A DNA stretch of 64,000 nucleotides from Vicugna vicugna (lineage: Eukaryota). Position 1 is the first letter of the stretch; each line of letters begins with the position of its first letter. The position numbers and the translations under genes are program-made. The notes beneath the pieces were generated by a model. The model did no database searches, was not told the origin of the DNA, and saw only the letters and a list, made by a program, of their open reading frames with translations. This document shows positions 51,205 to 63,856 of the stretch, one piece after another. The stretch lies in assembly GCA_013265495.1 (NCBI GenBank), contig MU058844.1, forward strand, positions 8,739,490-8,803,489, in the 5' to 3' direction.

Positions 51205-52185
51205 TTAACAATCATAAAAAAACAAACAACCCAATTCAAAAATGGGCTGAAGACCTAAACAAGCAATTCTCCAATGAAGATATACAAATGATCAATAGGC
51301 ACATGAAAAAATGCTCAATATCACTAATTACCAGAGAAATGCAAATCAAAATCACAATAAGGTATCACTTCATACCAGTAAGAATGGCCATCATTAAAAA
51401 GTCCACAAACAATAAATGCTGGAGAGAATGTGGAGAAAAGGGAACCTCCTACAGTGTTGGTGGAAATGCAGTTTGGTGCAGCCACAGTGGAAAACAGTAT
51501 GGAGATTCCTCAAAAGACTAAAAACAGACTTACCACATGATCCAGCAATCCCACTCCTGGGCATATTTCCAGAGGGAACTTTAATTTGAAAAGATACATA
51601 TACCCAAATGTTCATAGCTGCACTATTTACAACACCAAGACATTGAAGCAACCTAAATGTCCATTGAAAGATGACTGGATAAAGAAATTGTGGTATATTT
51701 ATATAATGGAATACTACTCAGCCATAAAAAGAACAAAATAATGCCATTTGCAGCAACATGAATGGACCTAGAGATTGTCATTCTAAGTGAAGTAAGCCAG
51801 AGAGAGAAAGAAAAATACCGTATGATAGCACTTATATGTGGAATCTAAAAAAAAAAGACATAAATGAATTTATTTACAAAACAGAAACAGAACAGACTCA
51901 CAGACATAGAAAACAAACTTATGGTTACCAGGGAGAGAAGGGTGTGGGAAGAGCCAAATTGGGAGTTTGAGATTTGTAGATACTAAAGAATATATATAAA
52001 ACAGATAAACAACAAGGATACAAGTATAGCAGAGGGAATTATATTCAATATCTTGTAATAACTTATAGTGAAAAAGAATATGAAAATGAATATATGTATG
52101 TTCATGTATGACTGAACTATTATGTTGTGCATCAGAAATTGACACAACACTTCAAACTAACTCTACTTCAATAAAAAAAGAAACA
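51205..52185 (+). mobile_element. Younger L1 3' end
   Basis: ORF2 remnant [50 protein letters not shown], 3'UTR and A tail. Confidence 0.95.
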
Positions 52186-52341
52186 AGATTAAAATATGTA
52201 TTTATACTTTTTCCCAAGGAATACAATATACTAAATAATCAGCTTTTGCCCTAGTATAACATTTAAGTAATTTTTGAGAGGAGGAGGAGAGAACAAAAAG
52301 ACTATGATTTCCTTAATTCAGTACCTTAGTATGTAAAATAC

Positions 52342-52405
52342 CTGCACATCCTGAAAGCATATATATTTATAGCATATTACTTATACATCTATGCCATAAA
52401 ATGCC
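52342..52405 (-). pseudogene. Fossil exon, AAA1 Walker B
   Basis: tttttatgttcttcag acceptor, CAG|gtattt donor; AFYGIDV*VICYKYICFQDVQ ~ FFKGLAxSGAWxCFDEFN. Confidence 0.7.
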
Positions 52406-53399
52406 CTGAAGAACATAAAAACAGACAGTTAAGGCTTAAAATATCAAAGGTAATTTTACCACACTAGAGGGATATTTCTGAATTCCATGTAATTTTCAAT
52501 TAAGTACTTACACCAAATATCACAAATAATTATATACTCCTCTAAATTTATGTAATACCAGTTTGATGTATGGAATTTCTATGCCTTTAACATATTAGAG
52601 GAAGTACTTACAAAGTTAGGAATGTTTTAATCAGTGTTTGTATATAGTTATAAACTATTTGGGGAAAAGCTTGGCAAGAAATCAGAGAAAATCAGTTAAG
52701 AAAGGGTTTACCACATATTGTTTGCTGCATGCAATCCTTATCTGCACACAATAATCACAGTGGTTTTCCATTGTTTCTATATATAGTGCTTTATAATTAA
52801 AAAAATTATAAGCCTCCGAGTGAGTTTTTGAATTGTGTTATCGAACTTGTAGTTTTCTTTTCTCAAACCAGTCATAAGTTCCAAAAGTACAGAACTTCTT
52901 CTTATCTAACTTTGAATGAACATCAATCAGTATCTGGTACTCATGGTTGCTTGATTGGATTAAACTGAACTACATGAAAACTTCTGGGGTCTGATTTTAG
53001 AAGACTTATATTCACATTCTAGCTCCACTATAATCTGTGGGATACCAAACAAGTTACTAACCCTTTGGGTCTCTGATTTGTCAGCTGTGAAATAGGGATA
53101 TAATATGCTCTAGCATACTCTGTAATTTATATATTATATGTATTGTCTGTATTTTCCACCTAAATGTAAACTGCATGAAGGTAATATTCTTTGTTTCCAT
53201 TCACTGGTGTATTTCATGAATACAAAATTGCCACAATATTCTTTCCAATAAATACTTGCTAAGTGCCTAAACAATTTCATAAATCATTTTGACACTGTGT
53301 GATATTGAAAATTCACATACTCTCCAGTAGTTCCACTTCCAAGTACATACACCCAAAAGGAACTTTAGCACATTCACACTAGGAAATATATACAGTACA

Positions 53400-54085
53400 A
53401 AATATATTAGAAACTCCTACAACTCCACAGCAAAAAAGCAAATAACCCAATTTTTAAAATGGCAAAGGACATGAATAGACATTTCTCCAAAGAAGTCACC
53501 CAAATGGCCAACAGGTATATGAAAAGATGTTCAGCATGACTAATCATCAGGAATATGCCAATCAAACCACCAGATATCAGCTCACACCTTTTAAGATGGC
53601 TACTATCAAAAAAAAAAAAAAAAACCTCAAAATGTAACGTGTTGGCTAAACTGTGGAGAAACTGAAACCTTTGTACACTATTGTTGGGTTTGTATAATGG
53701 CACAGCTGCTATGGAAAACAGAATGGAGTTTTTTCAAAGAATTAAAAATAGAACTGCTATAGGATCCAGTAATACCACTTCTGGGTATGTATCCAAAAGA
53801 ACTGAAATCAGTATCTCAAAAACAAAACTGCCCTCTCATGTTCACTGCAGCATTATTTACAATAGCCAAGATATGGAAATAACTCAAATGTCCATCAACA
53901 GGTGAATGGTATCCATGAAAATGTGGTATATCCATACAATGGAATATTACTGAACCGTAGAAAGAAGGAAATTGGCTATTTTCAACAACACGGATAAATC
54001 TGGAGAACATTAGGCCAAGTGAAAAAAGCCAGTTACAGGAGGAAAAGCACCACATGATTCTAATTATGTGAGATATCTAAAAAAG
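53400..54085 (+). mobile_element. L1 ORF2 3' fragment
   Basis: gacatgaatagacatttctccaaagaag...gttcactgcagcattatttacaatagccaagatatggaa. Confidence 0.9.
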
Positions 54086-55077
54086 CCGGGAAATAGGAAG
54101 ACTAGGAGATAGTTAAGTACAGAAAAATACACAATAAAACTGTGTTGAGTGAAAAATGCCATTTCAACAGACCACATATGGTGATGATAAATATAAAATT
54201 CAGAATACAGATTTGATTAGAGGAGGAATGTATAGTAAATAAAAATTACGGTTAACGTTACTTATTAAGTGGTGTTAGATTTATAGTACTATTTGTTTTT
54301 ATAAAGAAAGAAAACAAGACAGAAAGATTATATGTACCAATGCTAATAGTGTACTGTGAACTACTTGCTGTTTTATAGTAAGCTATTTATCTAATTCTCT
54401 GCACTTAAGTTCCAAACAGAAAAAAAAAAGAACAATCCTCTTTGAAATTTGGGAAGACGTTATTTATATTTTTCTTTGTCGTGCTTCAACTTTCCTTTCA
54501 TTCTCTTCTCATTAGAAAACCTAGGAATGTTCAGGGCAATCATCTTTTACCTCCCTGTCCTGGGTGTTGCAGGTCTGATAGGAATGAGTGTTCAATAAAC
54601 TATTTGAGTAAAGTTGTAACTGTGGTATAGAATTAACAAATCTTCAAGTGTGACCCAGAATATCAAATATCAGCCTAGTCATGTAATTTCAAAAAGTAGA
54701 AATTCTTTTCTCAGCATGTAGATATCATAGTAGGAGAATTCAGTTCAGCAGAGAACTTTCTTTAAAAAATAATGAAAAACAAAAGTAGTTTAATTTTAAT
54801 ACCACCAGATTCTCTGGTTTTTAAAATAGTTTAGAAAAAAGTAGAAATATGAGTAAGTAACTACACAGATGAATTTAAATGAAAATAGCTAGCAACAAGA
54901 TGGAATAATATTTAAAAATCAATTTCTTTGAAGTATTGTCAAATTTAATTTGGGATGTTTTGGCCACTAAGAACTCTCATTTGGCTCTCCAAATGGAAAT
55001 GTTTCTTTTATTGCTTTTAAAATATTTATGTGTATTTTAAAATTCAGCAGTATCTTGGCTTATGAATTTTATTTTAC

Positions 55078-55146
55078 CTTATAGACATAACACTGTAAAT
55101 GTGATGATGATGTTGAAGATAATACACTGTTTAGCTAAAACACTTT
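55078..55146 (-). pseudogene. Fossil exon, AAA1 immediately after Walker A
   Basis: ttcttattttcag acceptor, AAG|gtaaaa donor; SVLAKQCIIFN ~ conserved dynein KALAKQCVVFNC, then frameshift. Confidence 0.8.
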
Positions 55147-55287
55147 CTGAAAATAAGAATTAAAAAATATTTTCATGAATGTGTGCACTAGAAAACCAAT
55201 GAAAAATAAAATCCAGGTCAAATAATAGGCATAATTTAGGAAAGAGCCTAGAATTTTAGTCTTTATTATTAGCCATGTTTTTCTTAC

Positions 55288-55476
55288 TGAAAGAGACTCA
55301 TGAAATATACTCTAATATTCATAAGAGTCCAAGGAGAATAATAGGAGTTCTGCATTTCCAAACATGCTTAGCTTTCCAAACATGCAGTAACATTATGCTG
55401 CAAATTGTGTAAAAACAATGATAATTCTTTTGTAAGCAAAGGGAAGATGATAAATGGGAAAAGCCAAGATTTTTGG
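55288..55476 (-). pseudogene. Fossil exon, AAA1 start
   Basis: gtattttctag acceptor, TCA|gtaaga donor, phase 1-1; NLGFSHLSSSLCLQKNYHCFYTICSIML ~ YLGxxxRLVITPLTDRCYxTL; P-loop position reads TPIILLGLL*ILEYIS*. Confidence 0.7.
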
Positions 55477-55972
55477 CTAGAAAATACTTTATGCTTTCCA
55501 TAATGAGATAGAAAGTTTACTCTATCACTTTCCTGGTTCTTTACACTGTAAAAGGACTAGACAAAATGAACATGAATAACTGTCTCCAGTGATAACAATA
55601 TAAATACCATCACTAAAGGCTTAGTAAAAATGTCTAATTAGGAAATGGTTTATGATTTTAAGTATTTAAGTAATTGCATGCAAAAATTTCCATCTTGATT
55701 TTAGACAACTAATTAAATTAAAGTGAGTTCATATTTTAAATTAAAAAAAAATAATCTAAACATTTCACATGGAGCCAATGCTCAAAAATAAAATACATTT
55801 TGTCATTGTTTCTTCCTAGAGATGTTAGCCAAAATTAGCCTTGATGATTATTATAATATAATTAATTCAGATGACAGAAGTAAGCAAAGCAACATTAAAA
55901 TCATTTACCACATTGAAAGTGTTTTCTCATGTTTTTTATTAAATATATAATATCCAAGTTCTTGTGATATAC

Positions 55973-56221
55973 TAGGAGTTCTTATTCTATTAGCTCAAAA
56001 CTCTCTATATCTTCACAGTGCATAATCCATTTGATATTGATAAACAATCTGCTGATTATTTCTTGTATTAAACATAATTCCATTTTTGATCAGTAAGAAA
56101 GTTGTAGCTTACTTGAGAAGAGAGAAGAAAACCAAATCATAGTGGATTAACTGATTTGCATGCTCTGAGATGTTACCAGCCGCTACTCTTAATAATAAAT
56201 GAAGTCATCACTTTCAGCAAT
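55973..56221 (-). pseudogene. Fossil exon, end of linker
   Basis: Acceptor tttattttccag; LTDQKWNYV*YKK*SADCLSISNGLCTVK ~ DFxWxxQLRYYW...VxIxNxxxxY. Confidence 0.55.
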
Positions 56222-57123
56222 CTGGAAAATAAACTAAAATAATTATGTTTTCAATTTTGATGTAACTGAGTTAATGGGAGGGCAATAAACATTCTCCCAA
56301 GTGAAAAAAGCTATAGTACACTGATAACCAGGTCAAGTGTGCATTTTTCACAATGGCCTAATTTATTGGTATGCATATGAACTGAAGTGAAGAAGACCTC
56401 AGAGGGCCTTAATGCAGAGGCCCAAGAATAAAACTCAAAAACCTCTGTATTGACAGTAGCCAGGTATTACTTAAAGGCATTGTTCTGAGATTAATATTCA
56501 TTTCTGACCTTATTTTATAGTAATAGCTAACATTATCAAACACTTTAACTTGCTTTTCTGGTACATTAACTATCACACTATATCACCAAAATATACCTAA
56601 AAGAATACTGGTGCTATTATTATTCCTATTTTAAATGTAAGGAAAGTGAAATGTATTCACTAATCCAAGGTCACATAGTAACGACAGATCTGAATTTATG
56701 CAGTCTTTCTGATTCAGAGCTTGAGGTTTTTTTGTTTGTTTGTTTTTGTTTTTTTTTGCCTGTAATGCTGACTTCCTATGTGTTCATGATTAAACCACTA
56801 TATATGTTAAGGAATTAATATGTAGATCTCATATTTGTTTTAAGAAATGTTTTCAAGAGAAACAAAATAACTGTTTATAACTGCAAATAGCATAGCAGCC
56901 ACAATCTAGTGCCATAATACTTAAGATCTCAATATTCCAGAAGACAGCACTAAAAGTACCTTGTATGTAAGTTAAAATATTTAATTTATTCAATCTTATA
57001 AGTTAGTATTAGATACCAAGCTATAACAACTCAGGGTTACAGTGTGTGATCGTGGTGATGTACATGCCTAGCTTAAGTGAGCACTATTCAAACTGCAGAC
57101 TATGCCAACTTCTGTACACATAC

Positions 57124-57193
57124 TTCCAATACTTTTTAGACTTTTGATTTCAATGAGCTAACACTGGAACATATACCTTTTCTATGTATTTCA
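57124..57193 (-). pseudogene. Fossil exon, linker
   Basis: 70 nt, phase 2-0, ttattttttccttag acceptor, gtatgt donor; EIHRKGICSSVSSLKSKV*KVLE. Confidence 0.6.
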
Positions 57194-57354
57194 CTAAGGA
57201 AAAAATAATCTGGAGTTAGAATTTACCCTCTTCTAATCAAAGAACCAAAATACAAATTAAGAACAATGTAATCTTACATGTCAGACCCTTAAATATGTTT
57301 AAATAGAGACCAAAAGCAATATGTCAATTGTAAGAAGTTAGATTTTTCTAGGGA

Positions 57355-57560
57355 AGGGGTAAGAGTTCTGGAATCAGTCTGTTTTAATAAGGATTCTGGT
57401 TATCCTTACTAGAAGTTACTTAACTATTTTATATGTCAGGTTCCTACCTATAAAATAAAGGTAACAATAGCACCTATCTCATAATTAGTTTTGAGAATTC
57501 AATGAACTAGTGTATGTAAAACCCTAGGCACAGTGCTTGTGACATAGACTAGTTCAATTA
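57355..57560 (+). mobile_element. MIR
   Basis: gttctggaatcagtctg...aagttacttaac...gtatgtaaaaccctaggcacagtgcttgtgacatag. Confidence 0.75.
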
Positions 57561-59169
57561 GTGTTCAGTAAGTGTTCACTAGTTTTAAAACAAAATTGCA
57601 AATATAGCAGAAATAATTGCTTGTTTTATAAATAATTCTTACAAATTAATGAGAAAAAATAAAATAAATTATAACTAAAATAGAAGTATGCAAACAAAAG
57701 AGAAAATATAATTAGTACCTAAATGTTCATTTTAAAAAATTCAACCTGTCATTATCAAATCAATGCAAAGTAAGGCAACCTGAAAAAATGTTTCTTATGC
57801 ACTTGAAAAATAAATAATATTTATACTGGAAAATGTGATATAAAGTAGTTTTATCCTTCACTGATACTGACATTGTGATTATATGCTTGTATTAGAATAT
57901 ATTAGGCAATATGTATTAAAAGCCATCTTTACGTTAATGATCTTTGATCCAGTAGTATCCATACTGTGGATCTTGTCTAAAATAACCCTGATATACATAA
58001 ATCTATTCTAATAAGGGAATTCTTACATAAATAATAGTTTATGTAAGAATATTGCATACTATTAAAAATAAACACTGAAGAATTTGTAGCAAAAAGGAAA
58101 ATTCTTGGAGTTTTAAGTGAAAAAGGGAGTAGAAATTGTAAATATGTGAAAAAAAAAAAAGAAATCCTAGATTGATGAACATCACGTTACAATAGTTGTA
58201 TTAAATTGATAACATTTGAGTAACTTTTTCTTGCCTCTTTCCATATTCTGTAATGTGGTTATAATACTTTTATAATTTTAAAATCTGTAATACAAATGAT
58301 ATTAAATACATTTATGATTATTTACATTGCCTACATTGGAAAGTTATAATAAGAAACCATGGTGGCAGACCAAAGAGGAAACATATCAAAATTGTCTGAT
58401 AATTAATTTTTAAAGTATTAAGTATTTAATATATGAACAATAAATAATATAAAATAAAATATTATTCTTTGGGAATTCTGTAAATAAAAATAATACCTAA
58501 CGTCCTTTAGTGTCTATCACATATCAGGCATTATGCTCCACAAAGGGGATACAAATGTTAAAGGTTCAAAACATAGAATGTCCTTTCAATAAGTTCAGGG
58601 GACATACAGAGAAAAAAAGTTGAGCTTAGGAGTTTAGAAAATATGTTGTGCAGGAATTGACATTTTAGCCCAATCCTGAAGGATGAGGAATGTCTGATAA
58701 ACCAAAATGCTAAGAGGCAGAGAATACAGCATGAGCAGAGATAATGTAGAAAGAAATATCATAGAAGAGGTAGTTCGGTATTATTATTACATAAATTACC
58801 AACAGGAGTAGCCAGAGATGAAGGCAGAGAGTTAGCCAGGTCATGGGAAAGCATATATACAATATTTAGGAAAAATAAGCTCAATAGTTCCTCTCTTGCT
58901 TTGGATCATGGACCTCTGATCACCCAATGAAAGTAATTAACAGACTTCCCTTCAAAATTGTATACATAAATAAACACACTCGATTAGTTTGCATACAATT
59001 TTAGAGTTCACTGAGCACCTGAAATCTGTTAATTGACTCTGAATCTTGTGACAAGTGAAAAACAAAACAAAACAAAGCAACAAAAAACTGATCTCATTAA
59101 TTAAGCCAAAATTATGGCAGAAAAAAAAGAGTTGTAATTTCTTTACTCTACCAGAAAGTCTATCAGTAA

Positions 59170-59880
59170 ATCTTGCTTGTTCTAATTCTCAAATACATTC
59201 CAAATTCATCCACCTTTTCCCACTTCCAAAGCCCCCTACCAGACCTAAACCACTCTTTGGCTACCCAGAGGACCTCTCAAGTTGGTATCACTGTTTCCAT
59301 TCTGCCTTCCTGCAATCTGTTCTCTACACTACAGCCAGAGTGATGTGTCTAAAGACTGTAAAGGCATTTTACTGCTCTTTGATTAAACCCACAGCAAGTA
59401 CTGGGTCCACAAGACTGGTGCTCTGTCCAGGGCTGACTTCCCCAACTTCATCTGATACCCTACTCTCCTGTTGTGCCTAAGCTCTAGCCTACTGTCTTCT
59501 ACATCTGTCCACTTACCAAATTTGTTCCTATCTCAGGGCTATAAATCTGCTCTTTCCTCTGCATTATACACTTCCCCCCAACTTTTCATGACTGAGTCCT
59601 TCCTAGAATAAAAATATGAGCTCAAATTTTTACTCCTGAGAAAGAAATTCTTTAATAACTCAATATAAGTACCCTGCTACCCTCTAGTCACTTTCAATAA
59701 TATATTTTTATAGCAATTATTACTATCTGGATACACTGTGATTATTTATGATTATTTACATTGTTAGTTTTTTTCTCCCTTTCCCCACACACACCCCTAA
59801 GTAGAATTTGCCTGTTTTCTCCTCACAATCCTTACCTGCCTGGCATATAGTAGGGAGTTAATAAATGTCAGTTAAACCAA
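59170..59880 (+). mobile_element. L2 3' fragment
   Basis: gcaatctgttctctacactacagccagagtgat...gcctggcatatagtagggagttaataaatg. Confidence 0.75.
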
Positions 59881-60060
59881 TTTCTCTATATAATTGAGAC
59901 TATGTATACTGCAGTATTTAGACTATGTCCAAAATATTAGCTTCCATGTGTGTCCCGAACAAATATGTTAAAAGAATGGATGATATATTTTAGTACTGTT
60001 TCACGTTGACATTTCTGAGATGGACAATTGACCTTTGCAAATGGATGTAAGTTTACATAC

Positions 60061-60298
60061 AGCACTTTATTTTGTTTTTCAACTACTTCTTTTATAAGAA
60101 ATGACTTAAACAATTTTACCTAAAAGTCTGAAATTTCTTTATATCTAAAAGGAACAAATTCTGGTCTTTTTTTCCTATCTAGCTCTTCCGCCAAATTGTT
60201 TTCCTGCTCATTTGAAGTATAAAACAAACATTGCTGAAAATTGTTTTTCAACATTGCTACTTAGTAGGTACCATATAGTTTGTCCCAAGTATATGGAA
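60061..60298 (-). pseudogene. Fossil exon, linker
   Basis: 238 nt, phase 1-2, tttttttcactag acceptor, gtatgt donor; single frame with 2 stops PYTWDKLYGTY*VAMLKNNFQQCLFY...ISDF*VKLFKSFLIKEVVEKQNKV. Confidence 0.65.
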
Positions 60299-60712
60299 CT
60301 AGTGAAAAAAAATTAGAATTATAGATTTTTAAGTGCTAGAAAAACAATGATTAACAAGTAGCATAACTTCCAATTTAAAAAAAAATTCATTATGAAATAT
60401 AGATGGGATGACCATATGTTTTGGTTTGCTTGATAAAGGTCTAGTTCTAGGCATTTGAACAGGATATACTGAACAAAAGACTTTGAAAATACATAACATA
60501 AAGACAGTATGTGAGTATGTGGTTTGGAATATAGTAATAAAACTTTTTTTCACGTGGGAAAGTAATTGGATTTTGGAGCCGGTAAGAACTGGAAGACTGG
60601 AATAATCTGATCAGAGGTATAGTGCTTTAACTAATATAACTCTTCTAGGCCTCTCGTTTTAGAATTCATTCATTTCTCTTAGGTAAATAAGTATTGGATC
60701 TAACAGACTCAC

Positions 60713-60883
60713 TACTGAAGTGAAAGCATACATATTAAATTCCCAATCAACACCAAAGGGCTGTACTACTGATGTGTTCAGGAACATTGTCTTGTGTTTT
60801 GTAATAAAAAAGGATTTGGGGATTTCTTTCCCTGTGATCGTGAAGATATTAAGCAAAATTTAAGAAATATAACTTCTGTTTTT
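60713..60883 (-). pseudogene. Fossil exon, linker
   Basis: Acceptor gtttcctttaaag; KNRSYIS*ILLNIFTITGKEI...SVVQPFGVDWEFN; donor gtgagt (or gtatgc at 60731). Confidence 0.5.
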
Positions 60884-60960
60884 CTTTAAAGGAAACACAA
60901 TTTTATATCTTTCAATTTATGCATGGATATTTCAGTCATATTAAATATGAAGCAGTTTAC

Positions 60961-61681
60961 TTAAATTTCTCAGCAAATGTCCCTAGTAGTAGAAACATAA
61001 TTGGTCAGGAAATCTTCACTCTTGAATATGTCTCTGGAAAAGTCCATTATTTCAGAATGCTAAGTTACCGAGGTGTTTATATTTTTTTCTTCATTTATAA
61101 ATTAATTACAAAAGGATTTTGGAAAAATTGCTGACTTATATTTGTCATTTTAAAGTCATTATTTCTCAGTTTACACTGTTATCCAGTTCTAAATATATTC
61201 TTTTTTTTAACTGATTTTTAAAAATACCTTACCTTTTATTTTTTTTTTATATTTGGGGGGAGAGGTAATTAAGTTCCTTTCTTTTTTCCTTTCTTCCTTC
61301 CTCTCTTTCTATCTATCTGTCTATCTATCCATCTAACTTTTAATGGAGGTACTGGGAGTTGAACCCAAGGCTTTATACATGCTAGGCACACACTACCACT
61401 GAGTTATACCCTTCCCCACCAGTTCTAAATATATTCTTCTGCAAGGAGATCTTTTTGGAAATTCTACAGATGAAACCATCTTAATCATTGATAGAAAATA
61501 CAGTTAATTTTTCAGCTCCCAAATTTTGTCTCAGAACAAAGAATTTTTAATGCTTATTTTCAGTCTATCTTTCCTCAGACTATTGTCTTCCATGAGTGTA
61601 TTTGGGGAATATGTTTTATTTTTTTTTTAATTTATAAAAAGTGTCAAAGTAGCAAATATAGTGCAGTTACATTGTTCATTA
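60961..61681 (-). pseudogene. Fossil exon, linker (DHC_N2-like), interrupted by a SINE
   Basis: KTYSPNTLMEDNSLRKDRL...KIWELKN*LYFLSMI...RRIYLELDNSVN*EIM ~ GSPF...WEDRL...WLKVQxxWLYLEPIF...FxxVDxxWxxIM; later FQRHIQE*RFPDQLCFYY*GHLLRNL ~ YLExKRxxFPRFFFLSNDELLEIL. Confidence 0.75.
61203..61418 (-). mobile_element. Camelid tRNA-derived SINE (Vic-1-like)
   Basis: Reverse complement GGGGAAGGGTATAACTCAGTGGTAGTG...GGGTTCAACTCCCAG; 20-bp TSD ccagttctaaatatattctt at 61183 and 61419. Confidence 0.9.
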
Positions 61682-62465
61682 CTGTGCAAAAATAGATCCT
61701 TAACTTAAATTTACAATCGGTACCACTGGCTTGGATTTATAATACTTCCTATAGAATAAAACAGAAAGTAGAGATCATTTGCCAATTAATTGGTTGTGAA
61801 ATACTCTAAACTAGTGAAAAGTACTGGTTTGTGGATGACAGAAATGCTATATGATTGTAAGGAGCTGGAGGATGATGGTTTGTCATAAAAGAGTGCTACT
61901 GTGAAAAAAAAGAAACTGATAACAGATATTCTGAAAATGACTAAGAAAATGACAGCCAGGGCAAAGAGAACTGCCAAGAAATAACATGTCTGATATAAGC
62001 TCTCAAATAGTAACTTCTATATGAAATTAGATGTATATATCCGACAAAATTGATAGACTGTTGATTATTAAATGAATTACTGAAGATTTGATTAGGCTCC
62101 ACTGAAAGGACAACCAGAAAAATGTAGTATTATCACTCTGTAAAATTAACTATTGGGTTATTTTAGATATTGACTCTCTTCTACACACATGAAGGCTGGA
62201 AAACAATTGCTGAACCCCTATCTGGTCATTTTTAGTACATTATCTGAGGCCAATATATAGAGTTGCTGCCTGCTGGTTTTGGAGATGATTATCAATTTGG
62301 GTCATTCATTTGTTCATTTATGAAATAATTACAGTAATAAATATAAAAGAACAGGCATTTATTGTGCAAAACCCTGGAGATTCACAATTGACAGAATAAC
62401 TTGTTTTCTTCAGATAACATGAAATACTTCTTGAATCAAATTGCATACTGTTAACATGGACTTAC

Positions 62466-62518
62466 AAGTTGAGTTTGTTATTTAAATTCTCTCAAGTTAG
62501 ACACTTTTTTTCAGCTAT
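62466..62518 (-). pseudogene. Fossil exon, linker
   Basis: 53 nt, phase 0-2, ttctttctataag acceptor, gtaagt donor; IAEKKCLT*ENLNNKLN ~ IxxxAxKExxLExxL; phase fits the 61681 exon. Confidence 0.6.
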
Positions 62519-63856
62519 CTTATAGAAAGAACTGCTTGATAAGGTAACTGAGCAAATATCAAGAAATATTTCACAGTGAAAACATTACTGATAACATTTA
62601 CTAAGCTTTTACTCTGGGTAAGGCTATATATTAAATCATTCCTCATAACAAACTTAGGTCTGTTGTATTGGTTAGACTGGGGAAAATTATTTTAAAAAAT
62701 GGCTCATCCCAGTGGCTCAGTTAAATAGTCAAGAGGGATTATTCATGGTAGGTATGCAGGGGTTCTCCATGCAGTAATTCATCTGCCATTGGCAAGTGAA
62801 ATGAGAAAGAAAGCATGAAGAAAAAACAATCTTCATAATATTGGCTCAGAAGAGAAAAAAATCATTTCTGTTCAGATTCCATCAGTAAGAACTAATAACA
62901 TGGCTACATCTGTCTACAGTGGGAGTTGAGAAATGTAGTCTACAGAAGGGCAAAACTTGCCCAGCAAAACGTGACTAACATATAAGGAAAGAGAGTGAAC
63001 AACTAACATACCTGCCTAATACGTGATACTATGATCCACATTTTACTGATGAGGAAACTGATTTGCAGAACTGTTAAGAAACTTGCTCAAGATTACATAG
63101 CTAATAAATGATATATTCCAGACTTTCATTTGAGAGAGAGCCTTTTTATTTCTTGTCTCTTAATTCTCAACTACTATTTTTATTAATTTATATTAAATTG
63201 CAAGTTACTTTTAGAATATCCTTAGCGTTATCATGGTTATATTTTCTATTTCCCTAACTAGCATTTATATAATAGCAGAGACTGCCTTTTTCCATTTTTG
63301 TAACACTCTACTATATTTTGTGGCTCTGAGATCACTTCAACTCATAATCAATGCTCAGTAAATCTTATCTAAATGTCTGATTACAGATTAATATCTGAAC
63401 TAATGTAGAAACACAAGGCATGAGGTAGGAATTGATGTAAGAAAGGAATGGAAGTGACGGCTGAGTTCAGTGTCTTGACAAATTTTCAAAAATGAATTAT
63501 AACGTAGCAAGTTAAACTATTCATATAATCTCTGACCCAACCAATGAAACAATGCATGTGATGTAAAATATAATTAAACTTTTTTTTTCTTTTTGTATCA
63601 CTTGAAAAGGTCCTTTCTGTATAAGATGTTAATAGTGTATGATAAATAGAGGGATGGTTGCTGTAGAATGCTTGATTATTTTAAATGCATCAAGGTCTGA
63701 TTAAACGAACAATAGCTATACATTTATGTCAGTTTTTTTTCAAAAACAATAGAAATATTTTCCAACCCAGAGGAACCAAATTTTTTATGCAGATAATAAT
63801 TCAAAACACAGCATAGTTAAAAGTACTTTGATGGTCAGGTATAGTTGTTAACTTAC

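Noticed and set aside
61786..61977. Hydrophobic signal-peptide-like ORF (MAVLFALAVIFLV...)
   Set aside because: Non-ATG start, T-rich composition explains the hydrophobicity, and there is no splice or family support.
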